A stretch of 64,000 bases of DNA from Polyangiales bacterium (GTDB lineage: Bacteria; Myxococcota_A; Polyangia; Polyangiales; Polyangiaceae): contig JBBRNJ010000021.1 in NCBI GenBank assembly GCA_038230375.1, forward strand, positions 32,001 through 96,000. Reading direction: 5' to 3'. The translations under genes and the position numbers were made by a program. The notes below the pieces were generated by a model that was given only the letters and a program-made list of their open reading frames with translations, had not been told where the DNA came from and did not search any database. Shown here one piece after another: positions 8,987 to 21,075 of this stretch; position 1 is the stretch's first letter; each line of letters opens with the position of its first letter.

Positions 8987-9745
8987 TCATGGGCCCGCGA
9001 TCACGACCACGAGATCGACGCGGCGGTTCTGCGCCCGCCCTTCCGGCGAGTCGTTCGACGCGATCGGATGGTGCTGGCCGTACCCCGCGCCCGACAGGCG
9101 CTCCGGCGACATCTTGTGCGTCTCCGTGATGACACGGAGGACCGTCATGGCGCGAGCGCCAGAGAGCTCCCAGTTCGACGGAAATTTGTCGGTGTGGATG
9201 GGCGCGGAGTCCGTGTGACCCTCCACGCGCACGGCGACCTCGTGCAGCGCGAGCTCCTGCGCGATGAGGAGCACGGCGTTCTTGCCCTCGGGGCGAATGT
9301 CCGCGGCGCCCACGTCGAAGAGCAGGCGCTCGGGCAGGCGCAGGATGATCTCGCCGTGCGCCTCGATCACCTTCAGCGAAACGAGATCCTTCTGCTCCTT
9401 GAGCTTGGATTCGAGCTTCTCCTTGAGCTCCTTCGCTTCCGCCTCCTTCGCGCCCTCGCCCTTGCCTTTGCCCTGCTTCGGGTCCTCTTCGTCGCTCGGC
9501 TGATCGCCGACAAAAGCCTTTGCCTTGTCGTGGGGCATCATGCCGTAGCCGCCGGGCGAGTCGAACATGTTCCAGGTCACGGCCGTGGTGAACGACTCCG
9601 TGAATCGCCCGAGCTTGTTCGAGTCCACCTGCGACGAGGCGAACATGACGACGAAGAACGCGAACAGCAGCGTCATGAAGTCCGCGTAGCTCACGAGCCA
9701 TCGCTCGTGGTTCACGTGTTCTGGGTGCTTGTGCTTCTTCGCCAC
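8987..9745 (-). CDS. motB: Flagellar stator MotB
   Basis: HERWLVSYADFMTLLFAFFVVMFA; OmpA-like EGHTD...NWELSGARA...NRRV; GTG start at 9745. Confidence 0.96.
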   Translation of the reverse strand: MAKKHKHPEHVNHERWLVSYADFMTLLFAFFVVMFASSQVDSNKLGRFTESFTTAVTWNMFDSPGGYGMMPHDKAKAFVGDQPSDEEDPKQGKGKGEGAKEAEAKELKEKLESKLKEQKDLVSLKVIEAHGEIILRLPERLLFDVGAADIRPEGKNAVLLIAQELALHEVAVRVEGHTDSAPIHTDKFPSNWELSGARAMTVLRVITETHKMSPERLSGAGYGQHHPIASNDSPEGRAQNRRVDLVVVIAGP

Positions 9746-10014
9746 TTCGCTGCGCTCCGTTTCCTGGTCCCGCGGGCCGTTCCGGCCCTCGTGAGCTCCG
9801 CTCCCGAGCCTCCCCACGTCCGCCTCACGGCGACTCGTGCTGCGCACGAGGGGTCGGTCTGCAGTGGCGCGCCTAACGAGGCAGCGCGGCTGCTTCCCAA
9901 CGACGAGAGTCGGACTCCGCATTGGGCAGCAAGACCTGGTCCTCAGCGAAGCCGAGCTCGAGGTCGGGCGCGAACGACGTCGAACGCGAGGTCCAGGTCG
10001 ACGTCCACGTCGAG

Positions 10015-10806
10015 CTAGGCGGCTGCTTTTTCGGCTGCTGGTGCTTTCCCGTGATCATCGTGCGCTCCTCCGCCCATGCCTGTCAGACGATCCCTGATGA
10101 CCTTCGGGTTCATGCCCTGCTGGATGGCCAGGGCGCCTTCGAGCAGCATTTCTTCGGTCTGGACGGTGGCCCTGGTTCGCAGCTTCAACTTGGCCGCGAA
10201 CGGCAGGAAGATGATGTTCGCGAAGGCAACGCCGTAGATCGTGGCAACGAATGCGACTGCGATACCTTCACCGACCTTCGCGATGTCGGAGAGGTTGCTC
10301 ATGACCTGGATGAGGCCAAGGACGGCGCCGATGATACCGATGGTCGGCGAGTAGCCGCCGCCGGCTTCATACACCTTGGCGATGTCGTCGCCTTCTTCCT
10401 GGGTGTGATGGATCGAGCCTTCGAGCGTGTCGCGCATGGCCGAGGAGTCTGCGCCGTCGACCGCCATCGTGAGCGCACGAGCGAGGAACGGGTGACTTGC
10501 CTTTGCGGCGAGCGGCTCCAGCGCAAGGATTCCGTCCTTTCGCGCGATGCCCGCGTAGTTCACGATCTCGTCGATCAGCTTCTTGCGCGGATCGGGAGGC
10601 TCTGCAAACGCCAGCTTTCCAGCCTTCACCGCCTTGATGAACGTGGGCATGGACACCTGCACCAGCGTTGCGCCAATGGTTCCGCCCAGCACGATCATGA
10701 AGGCCGTCGGCTGGATGAGCGCGGAGATCTTTCCGCCTTCGATCAGGTCTCCGCCGAGGATGCCGATCGTTGCGACGCCTAGGCCCGCGAGGGTTGCCTT
10801 GTCCAT
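10015..10806 (-). CDS. motA: Flagellar stator MotA
   Basis: ARKDGILALE, GGYSPTIGIIGAVLGLI, AFVATIYG. Confidence 0.96.
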   Translation of the reverse strand: MDKATLAGLGVATIGILGGDLIEGGKISALIQPTAFMIVLGGTIGATLVQVSMPTFIKAVKAGKLAFAEPPDPRKKLIDEIVNYAGIARKDGILALEPLAAKASHPFLARALTMAVDGADSSAMRDTLEGSIHHTQEEGDDIAKVYEAGGGYSPTIGIIGAVLGLIQVMSNLSDIAKVGEGIAVAFVATIYGVAFANIIFLPFAAKLKLRTRATVQTEEMLLEGALAIQQGMNPKVIRDRLTGMGGGAHDDHGKAPAAEKAAA

Positions 10807-10807
10807 G

Positions 10808-11110
10808 TCACTTCTCGTCCGTGTCAGGGGGAACAGTGGAGAGCCGGAGGAAGGCGTGTGGCGACTTGCTCGGGCGGTTACTCGCACCAGAACGCAATCC
10901 CTGGACCAGCGCGTTCCGCGACGTGGGTGAGGCAGTCGTCGCGCGGCGGTACTGGATGATGCGATCGATCACGGTGTCCAGGCTCTCCTTCACGAGGAGC
11001 TTGTCCCCACCAATCAGCGAGACGGTCGTGTCGGGCATGATCTCGATCCAGGCGATGAGGTCTGGATTGATCGCGACAGGCTGGCCGTTCAGCCGGGTGA
11101 GGAGGACCAT
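10808..11110 (-). CDS. flbD: Flagellar FlbD/SwrD family protein
   Basis: MVLLTRLNGQPVAINPDLIAWIEIMPDTTVSL...VKES. Confidence 0.92.
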   Translation of the reverse strand: MVLLTRLNGQPVAINPDLIAWIEIMPDTTVSLIGGDKLLVKESLDTVIDRIIQYRRATTASPTSRNALVQGLRSGASNRPSKSPHAFLRLSTVPPDTDEK

Positions 11111-11118
11111 GTTCTCTT

Positions 11119-12237
<1,119 letters not shown>

Positions 12238-12285
12238 GAGGGACCTCCAAGACGTTGGCAACACTCTCGTGACGGGAGGAGAGTA

Positions 12286-12302
12286 AGCAACGGCCGGGCC
12301 AA
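12286..12302 (-). promoter_or_regulatory. sigma54 promoter of bEBP-flbD-motAB
   Basis: TTGGCCCGGCCGTTGCT, consensus TTGGC-N7-TTGCT. Confidence 0.8.
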
Positions 12303-12377
12303 CAAAACCTTGAGACGTTGAGACGCAAATTCGGCGATTTTTTCGCGTCGCTGGCAGGAATGGCTACATCGGACGCA

Positions 12378-12416
12378 TGGTAAAAGTCCACCACGCCACC
12401 TGGCGGAAATTTACCA
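12378..12416. promoter_or_regulatory. Imperfect inverted repeat: candidate enhancer (UAS) or terminator
   Basis: TGGTAAAAGTCCACCA...TGGCGGAAATTTACCA; about 75-115 bp upstream of the sigma54 motif and right after the upstream stop. Confidence 0.45.
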
Positions 12417-12417
12417 C

Positions 12418-13740
<1,323 letters not shown>

Positions 13741-13879
13741 GGCAGCGCCGACGATACCACGTACGTACGCGTGCTTGACGGTGTCCCCGTCGCTTCCATG
13801 ACGCTGAAAGCGGCCCGCCGCGGACGCCAGACCCGCTCCGAACGGCTCTTTCGTGCGAACCCGTAGCCGGACTTCCCGG

Positions 13880-13895
13880 CGGCATGGACCCTGCT
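13880..13895 (+). promoter_or_regulatory. sigma54 promoter of the flgB operon
   Basis: CGGCATGGACCCTGCT (GG-N10-GC); 16 nt to ATG 13911. Confidence 0.7.
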
Positions 13896-13910
13896 CCAGC
13901 TCCTCTCGCC

Positions 13911-14309
13911 ATGAGTGAGCTATTCGGAGGAGTCGACAAGCTACACGCGACGCTCGACTATCACATGTTCCGCCACAACATGCTGGCGTCCAACCTTGCG
14001 CACGTGGACACGCCAGGCTACGTGCCAAAGGACGTGAGCCGCGACGACATGTCGTTCGACGGCACGCTGCAGCTGGAGGTGGCGAAGACGAGCTCTTCGA
14101 ACGCGGCTGGATCGATCCCCGCATCACCGTCTTACAACGTGTTCGACGATCCGTCGCCCAGCGCCACCGGCCTGGACAAGAACTCCGTGTCGCTCGATCG
14201 CGAGGCGGCGAAGGTGGCGGCGAACCAGATTCGATACGACGTGGTGTCGGTGCTCGCACACAGCGAGCTCTCCGATCTGGAGTTCGCAGCGAACGACGGG
14301 AGAGGCTAA
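13911..14309 (+). CDS. flgB: Proximal rod protein
   Basis: ASNLAHVDTPGYVPKDV; DKNSVSLDRE. Confidence 0.94.
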   Translation: MSELFGGVDKLHATLDYHMFRHNMLASNLAHVDTPGYVPKDVSRDDMSFDGTLQLEVAKTSSSNAAGSIPASPSYNVFDDPSPSATGLDKNSVSLDREAAKVAANQIRYDVVSVLAHSELSDLEFAANDGRG

Positions 14310-14314
14310 CGAAC

Positions 14315-14743
14315 ATGCTCGGAACATTCAGCGCCATGGAAGTCGCAGCCTCGGGCCTCTCGGCCGAGCGCTCGCGCATGAACACGATCGCCTCGAACCT
14401 GGCGAACGCGAAGACCACGCGCACGGAGGCCGGCGGTCCGTACAAGCGGATCGACCCCGTGTTCGTGGCGCAGCCGCTCTCGCAGAGCTCGTTCGACGCC
14501 ACCGAGCGCAACGTGCAGCTCGTCAAGGTCAGCGAGATCAAGGAAGACACACGCGACCCGATGAAGGTCTACGAGCCTGGGCATCCCGACGCGGATCCCA
14601 CCGGCTACGTGTCCTACCCGAACGTCAACGTGGTGGAGGAGATGGTCAACATGATCACGGCCTCACGCGCGTACGAAGCGGGCGTCAGCTCGATCGAGTC
14701 CGTGAAAAGCATGGCGCAGACGGCCCTGGGCCTCGGGAAGTAA
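14315..14743 (+). CDS. flgC: Proximal rod protein
   Basis: ASNLANAKTT; YEPGHPDAD..GYVSYPNVNVVEEM. Confidence 0.97.
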   Translation: MLGTFSAMEVAASGLSAERSRMNTIASNLANAKTTRTEAGGPYKRIDPVFVAQPLSQSSFDATERNVQLVKVSEIKEDTRDPMKVYEPGHPDADPTGYVSYPNVNVVEEMVNMITASRAYEAGVSSIESVKSMAQTALGLGK

Positions 14744-14746
14744 GCC

Positions 14747-15082
14747 ATGAGCGATCCGATCACGCTGGCTGCTTCGCACCAGACGCCGATCGGCGACGGC
14801 GCGGCCACGATCGACGCGAGCCCGGGCGCTGGGCTACCGACGGGGCAGCGTCCCGAGGACGGTCTTCCGTTCGCGGGGATCCTCGCGCAGGCGCTCGGCG
14901 ACGCCAACTCCACACAGCAGGTCGCGAGTCAGAAGGCAGCCGCGTTCGCCGAGGGCAAGAACGACGACATCCACGGAACGATGATCGCGCTGAAGCAGGC
15001 CGAGATCGAGCTGCATCTCGTGGCCACTGTGAAGAACAAGGTCGTGGACGCCATCAATGACCTCCTCCGGATGAGCATCTGA
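14747..15082 (+). CDS. fliE: Hook-basal body protein
   Basis: DIHGTMIALKQAEIEL...VKNKVVDA...RMSI. Confidence 0.92.
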   Translation: MSDPITLAASHQTPIGDGAATIDASPGAGLPTGQRPEDGLPFAGILAQALGDANSTQQVASQKAAAFAEGKNDDIHGTMIALKQAEIELHLVATVKNKVVDAINDLLRMSI

Positions 15083-15084
15083 AA

Positions 15085-16770
15085 ATGAAGGAGCGAGCCA
15101 AGGCCGCGTTCGAGCAGGCGAAGAAGTTCTGGGGAACGCTGAGCGCCGTGAAGAAGGCGGCGTTCGTAGGCACTCTGCTGCTTGTGATCGCCGGCGTTGC
15201 GGGACTGTCCGCGGTCTCCGCGCACGAGTCGTATTCGGTGCTCTACACGGACCTCTCGCCAGAGGATGCGGGGCTGGTCACGGCGAAGCTGAAAGATCTG
15301 AAAATCCCGTTCAAGGTGGAAGGCGAGAGCACGATCAGCGTGCCCGAAGAGCGCGTCCGCGAGCTGCGGATCGACCTCGCGGGCCAGGGCCTTCCGCGCG
15401 GCGGCGGCGTCGGCTTCGAGGTGTTCGACAAGCAGCACCTGGGCGCCACGGAGCTGGAGCAACGCGTGCTCGTGCGGCGCGCCCTGGAAGGTGAGCTCGC
15501 ACGCACCATCTCTTCGATTCAATCCGTGCAGAGTGCACGCGTTCATCTGGTGATGCCTGAGCGCAGCCTGTTCGTGTCGCAGTCGCGCGAGGCGGCCACG
15601 GCCTCCGTGGTGGTGAGGCTGCGTCCGGGTCGCACCATGCCCCCGAGCGACGTCGCGAGCGTGGTCCATCTCGTCGCCAGCGGCGTCCCTGGGCTCTCCG
15701 AGTCTCGCGTCTCCGTGGTGAGCGCCGACGGGACCACGCTGCATCGCCCGAATGGCGACGGCGAGGCAGCGGCGAACGATGCGCGCAGCGAACGCGAGCA
15801 CGAGATGCAGAGCACCCTCGAAGCGCGCGCACGTGAGCTCCTGGAGCGCACCGTGGGCCGCGGGCACGCAGATGTACGCGTCGCCGTGGAGCTCGATCAG
15901 AGCTCCCACGAGCGCACCGAAGAGCACTACGAACCGCAAAAATCCGTCCTTCGCAGCGAGCAACGGATGGAGGAGCGCAACGGGCCGGCACCAGCATCGC
16001 CCGCCGGCGCGACCAGCGTGGCGTTCGTGCCCACGGCCCAGCCAGCTGGCGCGACGCCCGCGCCATCCTCATCCACCGCGCCCGCGCCGAGCACAAAGGT
16101 GGCGGCGGGCATTCCTGGTGCACAGACGAATCTTCCGGGCGGCGCGTCCCCCGAGGGGGTCGGTGGTGCGATCGGGCCCGGGCCATACAAGCAGAGCTAC
16201 ACGCACAATTTCGAGGTCGATCGCGTCACCGAGAAGACCGTCCAGGTGAGCGGCAAGGTCGTGCGCATCAGCGTGGCCGTGCTCGTGGACGGGGTGAAGA
16301 AGGACGGCGTGGTCGTCCCGCGTGAGAAAGAGGAAATGGACAAGCTCAGCGAGCTCGTGAAGAGCGCCGTTGGCTTCAGCGCGGCCCGCGGCGATGCGCT
16401 CCACATCGAGAGCTCCGCGTTCGCGACGGTGGAGACGGAGGAGCCCGCGCTTGCCGTGGTCGCGCCGCTGTCGCCGCGCATGGTGAAGGCTCGCACCTAC
16501 GCGCCCATCGCCGGCGTCGTGGTCGCGCTGGCCGTGATGGGCCTGGTGGTCCGCCGCAGCCGCAAGAAGAAGCTCGCGAAGGCCGCCGAGATCGTGGCGC
16601 CAGAACCGCCAATCTTCCAACTGGAACACTCCACCATGACGCCGGCCAAGGCGCTGCCTCCAGGCGACGTGGACGCCCTTCGCAAGGAAGCGCTCGACAT
16701 CGCCGTCAAGGATCCCGCGACTGCGGCGAACGTGCTCCGTGCATGGCTGCACGCGCAGAGCGTGGCTTGA
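15085..16770 (+). CDS. fliF: MS-ring protein
   Basis: GVGFEVFDK, ALEGELARTI, ARVHLVMP, AVGFSAARGD; two TM helices. Confidence 0.96.
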   Translation: MKERAKAAFEQAKKFWGTLSAVKKAAFVGTLLLVIAGVAGLSAVSAHESYSVLYTDLSPEDAGLVTAKLKDLKIPFKVEGESTISVPEERVRELRIDLAGQGLPRGGGVGFEVFDKQHLGATELEQRVLVRRALEGELARTISSIQSVQSARVHLVMPERSLFVSQSREAATASVVVRLRPGRTMPPSDVASVVHLVASGVPGLSESRVSVVSADGTTLHRPNGDGEAAANDARSEREHEMQSTLEARARELLERTVGRGHADVRVAVELDQSSHERTEEHYEPQKSVLRSEQRMEERNGPAPASPAGATSVAFVPTAQPAGATPAPSSSTAPAPSTKVAAGIPGAQTNLPGGASPEGVGGAIGPGPYKQSYTHNFEVDRVTEKTVQVSGKVVRISVAVLVDGVKKDGVVVPREKEEMDKLSELVKSAVGFSAARGDALHIESSAFATVETEEPALAVVAPLSPRMVKARTYAPIAGVVVALAVMGLVVRRSRKKKLAKAAEIVAPEPPIFQLEHSTMTPAKALPPGDVDALRKEALDIAVKDPATAANVLRAWLHAQSVA

Positions 16771-16778
16771 TTCTCGCT
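16763..16778 (+). promoter_or_regulatory. Internal sigma54 motif before fliG
   Basis: TGGCTTGATTCTCGCT overlapping the fliF stop; 13 nt to ATG 16791. Confidence 0.6.
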
Positions 16779-16790
16779 TGAAGGGCCACC

Positions 16791-17771
16791 ATGCCTGGAA
16801 AGACGCAGCTCACCGGTCCCGAGAAGGCAGTGCTCATGCTGCTCTCCATGGAGGAGTCGATCGCGGCCCCCATCGTGGCCGAGCTCGAGCCGGGCGACGT
16901 GAAGAAGATGCGCGAGATCGCCGCCATGATGCGCGAGGTCCCGCGTCACGCCCTGGACCAACTCTACGGCGAGTTCGTGGCGGAGGCGCAGAAGGCGGTG
17001 GCTGTGCCCAAGGGTGGCATCGCCTACCTCCGCCGGCTCGCCGAGAAGGCGATGGGTGCGTCGCGCTCCGAGGAGCTGTTCGTCGGCGCGCCCGCGTCGC
17101 CGTTCGAGCGCCTCGAGAAGGCGGATGCACAGGCCGTGGCGGCGCTCCTGGAGAGCGAGCATCCGCAGATCGGCGCGGCGATCCTCTCGCAGATCGACTC
17201 GGGCAAGGCGGCCAAGATCCTGGGCTTCTGTGACTCCACGCTGCGCACGGAGCTCGTGTCGCGCATGGCGCTCATGACGGAGGTGCCGGCTGCGATCCTG
17301 GAGAGCGTCGCGGGCGCGCTCGCGAAGCAGCTGCCGGATGGCGCGCAGGCAACGGTGTCGGTCGATGGCGTTGCGTCCGCGGCGTCCGTGCTGAAGAAGC
17401 TTGGCGCGGAGCGGTCGCAAGAGGTGCTCACCGCGCTCGAGGGCGAGAGCGTCGCGGAGGAGATCAAGGCCGCCATGTTCACGATGGAGGATCTGCGCGG
17501 CCTGGACGTGCGAATCCTGCGCATGATCCTGAAGGAGGTCCCGCAGGACACGCTCGTGGTCGCCATGAAGACCGCGAGCGAGGAGCTGAAGGGGAAGATC
17601 TTCTCGAGCATGTCCACGCGCGCGGCGGATCTGTTGAAGGACGAGCTCGACTCGCTCGGGGCCGTGCGCCTTGCGGATGTCGAGGCGGCGCAACGCGGCG
17701 TGGTGGAGGCGGCCAAGTCCCTGGAGGCGAGCGGCCGCATCAGTCTGTCCGAGGAAAACGGCAGTGTTTGA
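16791..17771 (+). CDS. fliG: Motor switch protein
   Basis: LTGPEKAVLMLL, EHPQ, MFTMEDL, MSTRAA. Confidence 0.96.
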   Translation: MPGKTQLTGPEKAVLMLLSMEESIAAPIVAELEPGDVKKMREIAAMMREVPRHALDQLYGEFVAEAQKAVAVPKGGIAYLRRLAEKAMGASRSEELFVGAPASPFERLEKADAQAVAALLESEHPQIGAAILSQIDSGKAAKILGFCDSTLRTELVSRMALMTEVPAAILESVAGALAKQLPDGAQATVSVDGVASAASVLKKLGAERSQEVLTALEGESVAEEIKAAMFTMEDLRGLDVRILRMILKEVPQDTLVVAMKTASEELKGKIFSSMSTRAADLLKDELDSLGAVRLADVEAAQRGVVEAAKSLEASGRISLSEENGSV

Positions 17772-18510
17772 GCGCAAGGTGAAGGACGCGATCTTCGCGC
17801 AGCGCGATGCCCCGCGTCGCGCTCGCGTGTCATGGCTGCCGGCGTCGCAGACCGCGCCTGCGTCATCACGGCTCCGACCAACCGAGCCCTCCGCGCGTCA
17901 CGAACCCGCGCAGTCGGAGGCGCCCGCCACGCAGAGCTCGCCGCAGCCACATTCGCCGGGCAGCTCCGACGTGGTCCCGGCGCCGTCGCCGTCGTCAGCC
18001 GAGCCGCCGCAGACAGTCCGCGGCTTCTTCGACGAGCTACCGGCATTTTCGCCGCCACCAGAGCCGCCACCGACCACGGACGCGCTGGCCGCGATCGAGT
18101 CGTTCGTGCAGGCCGCGGAGGCGCTCTCGGAGATCCGCGCGCTGCGCCACTCGCGCGTCGAGCGTGACCTTGTCGAGCTCGCGGGTGCCATTGCAGAGCG
18201 CGTCCTGGGCAGGGAGCTCACGATCGACCCATCGCTGCTCGCCGCGCTGGCGCGAGACGGCATCCTTGCGCTTGCGGACCGCGAGAACGTGACCGTGCGC
18301 TTCTCGAGCGACACGCCAGACGAGGCGAAATCGAAGCTGATCGACGCCGTGACGACGCGCGCACCGGGTTGCAAGGTGGTCTTCGATCGCGAGCTGGTCG
18401 CCGGATCGTGCGTCGTGGAGTCCGCGCAGGGCTTCGTGGACGAGTCGGTGACCACGCGCCTCGACGTGGTCATGGAGCAGCTCGGCTTCGGCCGTGGAGG
18501 CATGGGATGA
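17764..18510 (+). CDS. fliH: Export apparatus protein FliH
   Basis: Between fliG and fliI; LVELAGAIAERV...GSCVVES..GFVD; Pro-rich N-terminus; start uncertain. Confidence 0.85.
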   Translation: MFERKVKDAIFAQRDAPRRARVSWLPASQTAPASSRLRPTEPSARHEPAQSEAPATQSSPQPHSPGSSDVVPAPSPSSAEPPQTVRGFFDELPAFSPPPEPPPTTDALAAIESFVQAAEALSEIRALRHSRVERDLVELAGAIAERVLGRELTIDPSLLAALARDGILALADRENVTVRFSSDTPDEAKSKLIDAVTTRAPGCKVVFDRELVAGSCVVESAQGFVDESVTTRLDVVMEQLGFGRGGMG

Positions 18511-19838
18511 CGGACGTTGATCTGCAGCGGTTTGTCCGCGTGGCGAATCGCGCAGCGGTGCATCGGCCCGTGGGGGTGGTCACGGACATCGTGGGGCTCG
18601 CGGTGGAGATCGGCGGCCTCCGCGCCGGCATCGGAGAGATGCTGCGCGTGGAGTCGAAGACGCCGCTCGACCTCGAGGTCATTGGCTTCCGCGGCGGTCG
18701 GCTCGTGGCCACACCGCTCGGCCCGCTGTCGGGGATTCGCCCGGGCGATCGCGCCGTTCTTTCCGATCGCGGCTCGCAGGTCGCCGTGGGCAACCAGCTC
18801 CTCGGGCGCATCATCGATCCGTTCGGCGTGCCCATCGACGGGCGACCGGGCGTGGCGTCGCACGAAGGCTACCCGGTGCATGCGGCGCCGCCCGCGGCCA
18901 CCAGCCGCAAGCCGATCGAGAAGGTGCTCGGAACGGGCGTGCGCGCGCTGGATTCGCTCCTGACGCTGGGCCGTGGGCAGCGCGTGGGCATCTTCGCCGG
19001 CGCGGGCGTGGGCAAGACCACGCTCCTGGGCATGCTCTGCCGCGCGTCGGATGCGGATGTCAACGTCGTCTCGCTCGTCGGCGAGCGCGGCCGCGAGGTG
19101 AACGAGTTCGTGCGCGACGCGCTTGGCGCGGATGGACTCGCACGGTCGGTGATCGTCGTCGCGACGAGCGATCAGCCCCCGCTGGTCCGTGCGCGCGCGG
19201 CCGAGGCTGCCACTGCGATCGCCGAGTATTTCCGGGATCAGGGCAAGAGCGTGCTCTTCGTCATGGACTCGGTCACCCGCTATGCGATGGCGATGCGCGA
19301 GGCCGCGCTTGCGTCTGGTGAGCCGGCCGCGACGAAAGGATATCCGCCGTCCGTGTTCGCCGCGCTGCCGCGGCTGCTCGAGCGCGCTGGCAACGGCGCA
19401 ACCGAGGGGGCGATCACCGCCGTGTACACCGTCCTCGTGGAGGGCGACGACCTGTCGGACCCGATCGCGGACGCCGTGCGCGGCATCCTGGATGGTCACG
19501 TCGTGCTGTCGCGCTCGCTCGCGGAGGCCGGGCATTTCCCGGCGATCGACGTCCTGGCAAGCCTGTCGCGTCTGATGCCACAGCTCACGACCAAGCCGCA
19601 CGTGGAGGCCGCATCCAAGCTGCGCGAGCTGCTTGGCGCATATCGCGAAGCGAAGGATCTGATCCAGATCGGCGCGTACGAGAAGGGGTCGGACCCACGC
19701 GTGGACGCGGCGGCGCGCATGATGCCGACCATCGAGAAGTTCCTGCGGCAGGGCGAACGCGAGCCCTCGGGGCGGGAGGCTGCGATCAGCGCGCTGATGG
19801 AGCTGGTCGCGGAGGCCACGCGTGAAAACCCGCGCTGA
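18507..19838 (+). CDS. fliI: Flagellar export ATPase
   Basis: GIFAGAGVGKTT, GERGREV, MDSVTRYA, GILDGHVVL. Confidence 0.97.
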   Translation: MTDVDLQRFVRVANRAAVHRPVGVVTDIVGLAVEIGGLRAGIGEMLRVESKTPLDLEVIGFRGGRLVATPLGPLSGIRPGDRAVLSDRGSQVAVGNQLLGRIIDPFGVPIDGRPGVASHEGYPVHAAPPAATSRKPIEKVLGTGVRALDSLLTLGRGQRVGIFAGAGVGKTTLLGMLCRASDADVNVVSLVGERGREVNEFVRDALGADGLARSVIVVATSDQPPLVRARAAEAATAIAEYFRDQGKSVLFVMDSVTRYAMAMREAALASGEPAATKGYPPSVFAALPRLLERAGNGATEGAITAVYTVLVEGDDLSDPIADAVRGILDGHVVLSRSLAEAGHFPAIDVLASLSRLMPQLTTKPHVEAASKLRELLGAYREAKDLIQIGAYEKGSDPRVDAAARMMPTIEKFLRQGEREPSGREAAISALMELVAEATRENPR

Positions 19839-20253
19839 CAAGCTCGTACAGGTCACGGAAGAGGTACGGGACCGCGCGCGCCGCGTACAGGCGAGCGCGA
19901 TGGATGCGGTGGGGAAGGCAACGCACGCCCTCGGCGCGTGCATGGAAGGTCTGGCTGCAGCGCAGAGAGAGCGCAACGAGCTCAACGCTCGCGGCGGCAA
20001 CGAGGCTGCGTTCCACGAGACCGACGCGTGGGTCCGCTCGCACGAGGGCCGCGTGTCCCGGGCACACGATGCCGTGGCGGAGGCGCAGCGCGTGCTTGCC
20101 GCCGCGAAGAAGGACGTGGAGCACGCGATGATCCGCGTGGAGCAGATGTGCGCGTTGCGTGAGCGCTCCCTTGAAGCGCTTCGGGTAAAGGAAGACCGCG
20201 CCGAGCGTCGCGCCGAAGACGAGAGCTTGGCGCGCAGAGCGACAACCAAATGA
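19822..20253 (+). CDS. fliJ: FliJ-like coiled-coil chaperone
   Basis: 143 aa coiled coil directly after fliI. Confidence 0.7.
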   Translation: MKTRADKLVQVTEEVRDRARRVQASAMDAVGKATHALGACMEGLAAAQRERNELNARGGNEAAFHETDAWVRSHEGRVSRAHDAVAEAQRVLAAAKKDVEHAMIRVEQMCALRERSLEALRVKEDRAERRAEDESLARRATTK

Positions 20254-20328
20254 CGAGAGACCCGCCAGCGCAGCGCCAGTGAACGGCGCTTCGGCGGCGA
20301 ACTGGAGTGCGTTTCGCCGGCTCTGGGG

Positions 20329-20345
20329 TTGGCCCCGCACTTGCT
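20329..20345 (+). promoter_or_regulatory. sigma54 promoter of the flgD-flgE operon
   Basis: TTGGCCCCGCACTTGCT; 13 nt to ATG 20358; no SD. Confidence 0.82.
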
Positions 20346-20357
20346 CTGACACTGGTC

Positions 20358-21059
20358 ATGTCCTCCGTGAATTCGAGCAGCGCGACCAGCAACACCTCAC
20401 CGGCAACGAGCGACCCCATCGGCAGCGCAGTGGGTAAGAACCAGACGCTCGGCCAGGACGCGTTCATGAAGCTGCTGGTCGCCCAGATCCAGCACCAGGA
20501 CCCGCTCAATCCGCAGTCGAACACCGAGTTCGTCTCGCAGCTGGCGCAGTTCTCTTCGCTCTCGGAGCAGACGAACACGAACAAGCTCCTCGAGCTTGTC
20601 TCCATCCAGCAGAAGGGCCTGGCGAACACGGACGACGTCCAGCTGATCGGCAAGTCGGTCACCGTGTCCGGTAACACGATGACGTCGACAGGGCAGGGGT
20701 ATGCGGTGCCTGGAAGCTTCACGCTCGGTGCGGCGGCGGCCTCGGCGTCGGTCACCATCTCGGATGCGTCGGGCAACCCGGTGCGCACGGTGAATGTCGG
20801 CGCGCACGGCGCAGGCGTCACGCAGTTCTCGTGGGATGGCCGCAATGACACGGGGACCGTGCAGCCTGCGGGCTCTTACAAGATCTCCGTCACGGCGAAG
20901 GACGCCAAGGGCAACCCGATCGACGTCACCACGACGACGACGGGCGTCGTGAAATCTGTCTCGTACGACGCGAACGGCCCGCTCCTCACACTGATGGACG
21001 GCAGCCAGGCCCGGACGAGCGAGTTGTCGCAGGTGAGCGCGGCTCCGGCCGCGAAGTAA
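20358..21059 (+). CDS. flgD: Hook capping protein
   Basis: LGQDAFMKLLVAQIQHQDPLNP...SQLAQFSSL; FSWDG. Confidence 0.96.
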   Translation: MSSVNSSSATSNTSPATSDPIGSAVGKNQTLGQDAFMKLLVAQIQHQDPLNPQSNTEFVSQLAQFSSLSEQTNTNKLLELVSIQQKGLANTDDVQLIGKSVTVSGNTMTSTGQGYAVPGSFTLGAAAASASVTISDASGNPVRTVNVGAHGAGVTQFSWDGRNDTGTVQPAGSYKISVTAKDAKGNPIDVTTTTTGVVKSVSYDANGPLLTLMDGSQARTSELSQVSAAPAAK

Positions 21060-21075
21060 CGAGGAGGAGAAGCAG

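Noticed and set aside
9873..10058. 61-aa ORF in the motA-motB spacer
   Set aside because: Overlaps the motA end, no SD or motif; treated as non-coding.
13741..14550. N-terminal extension of the 710-aa ORF 12418..14550
   Set aside because: Antisense to flgB/flgC and their promoter; open-frame artefact of high GC.
17898..20249. Long antisense ORFs (783 aa here; also 27702..29858 and 39485..41428)
   Set aside because: Shadows of well-supported genes on the opposite strand.
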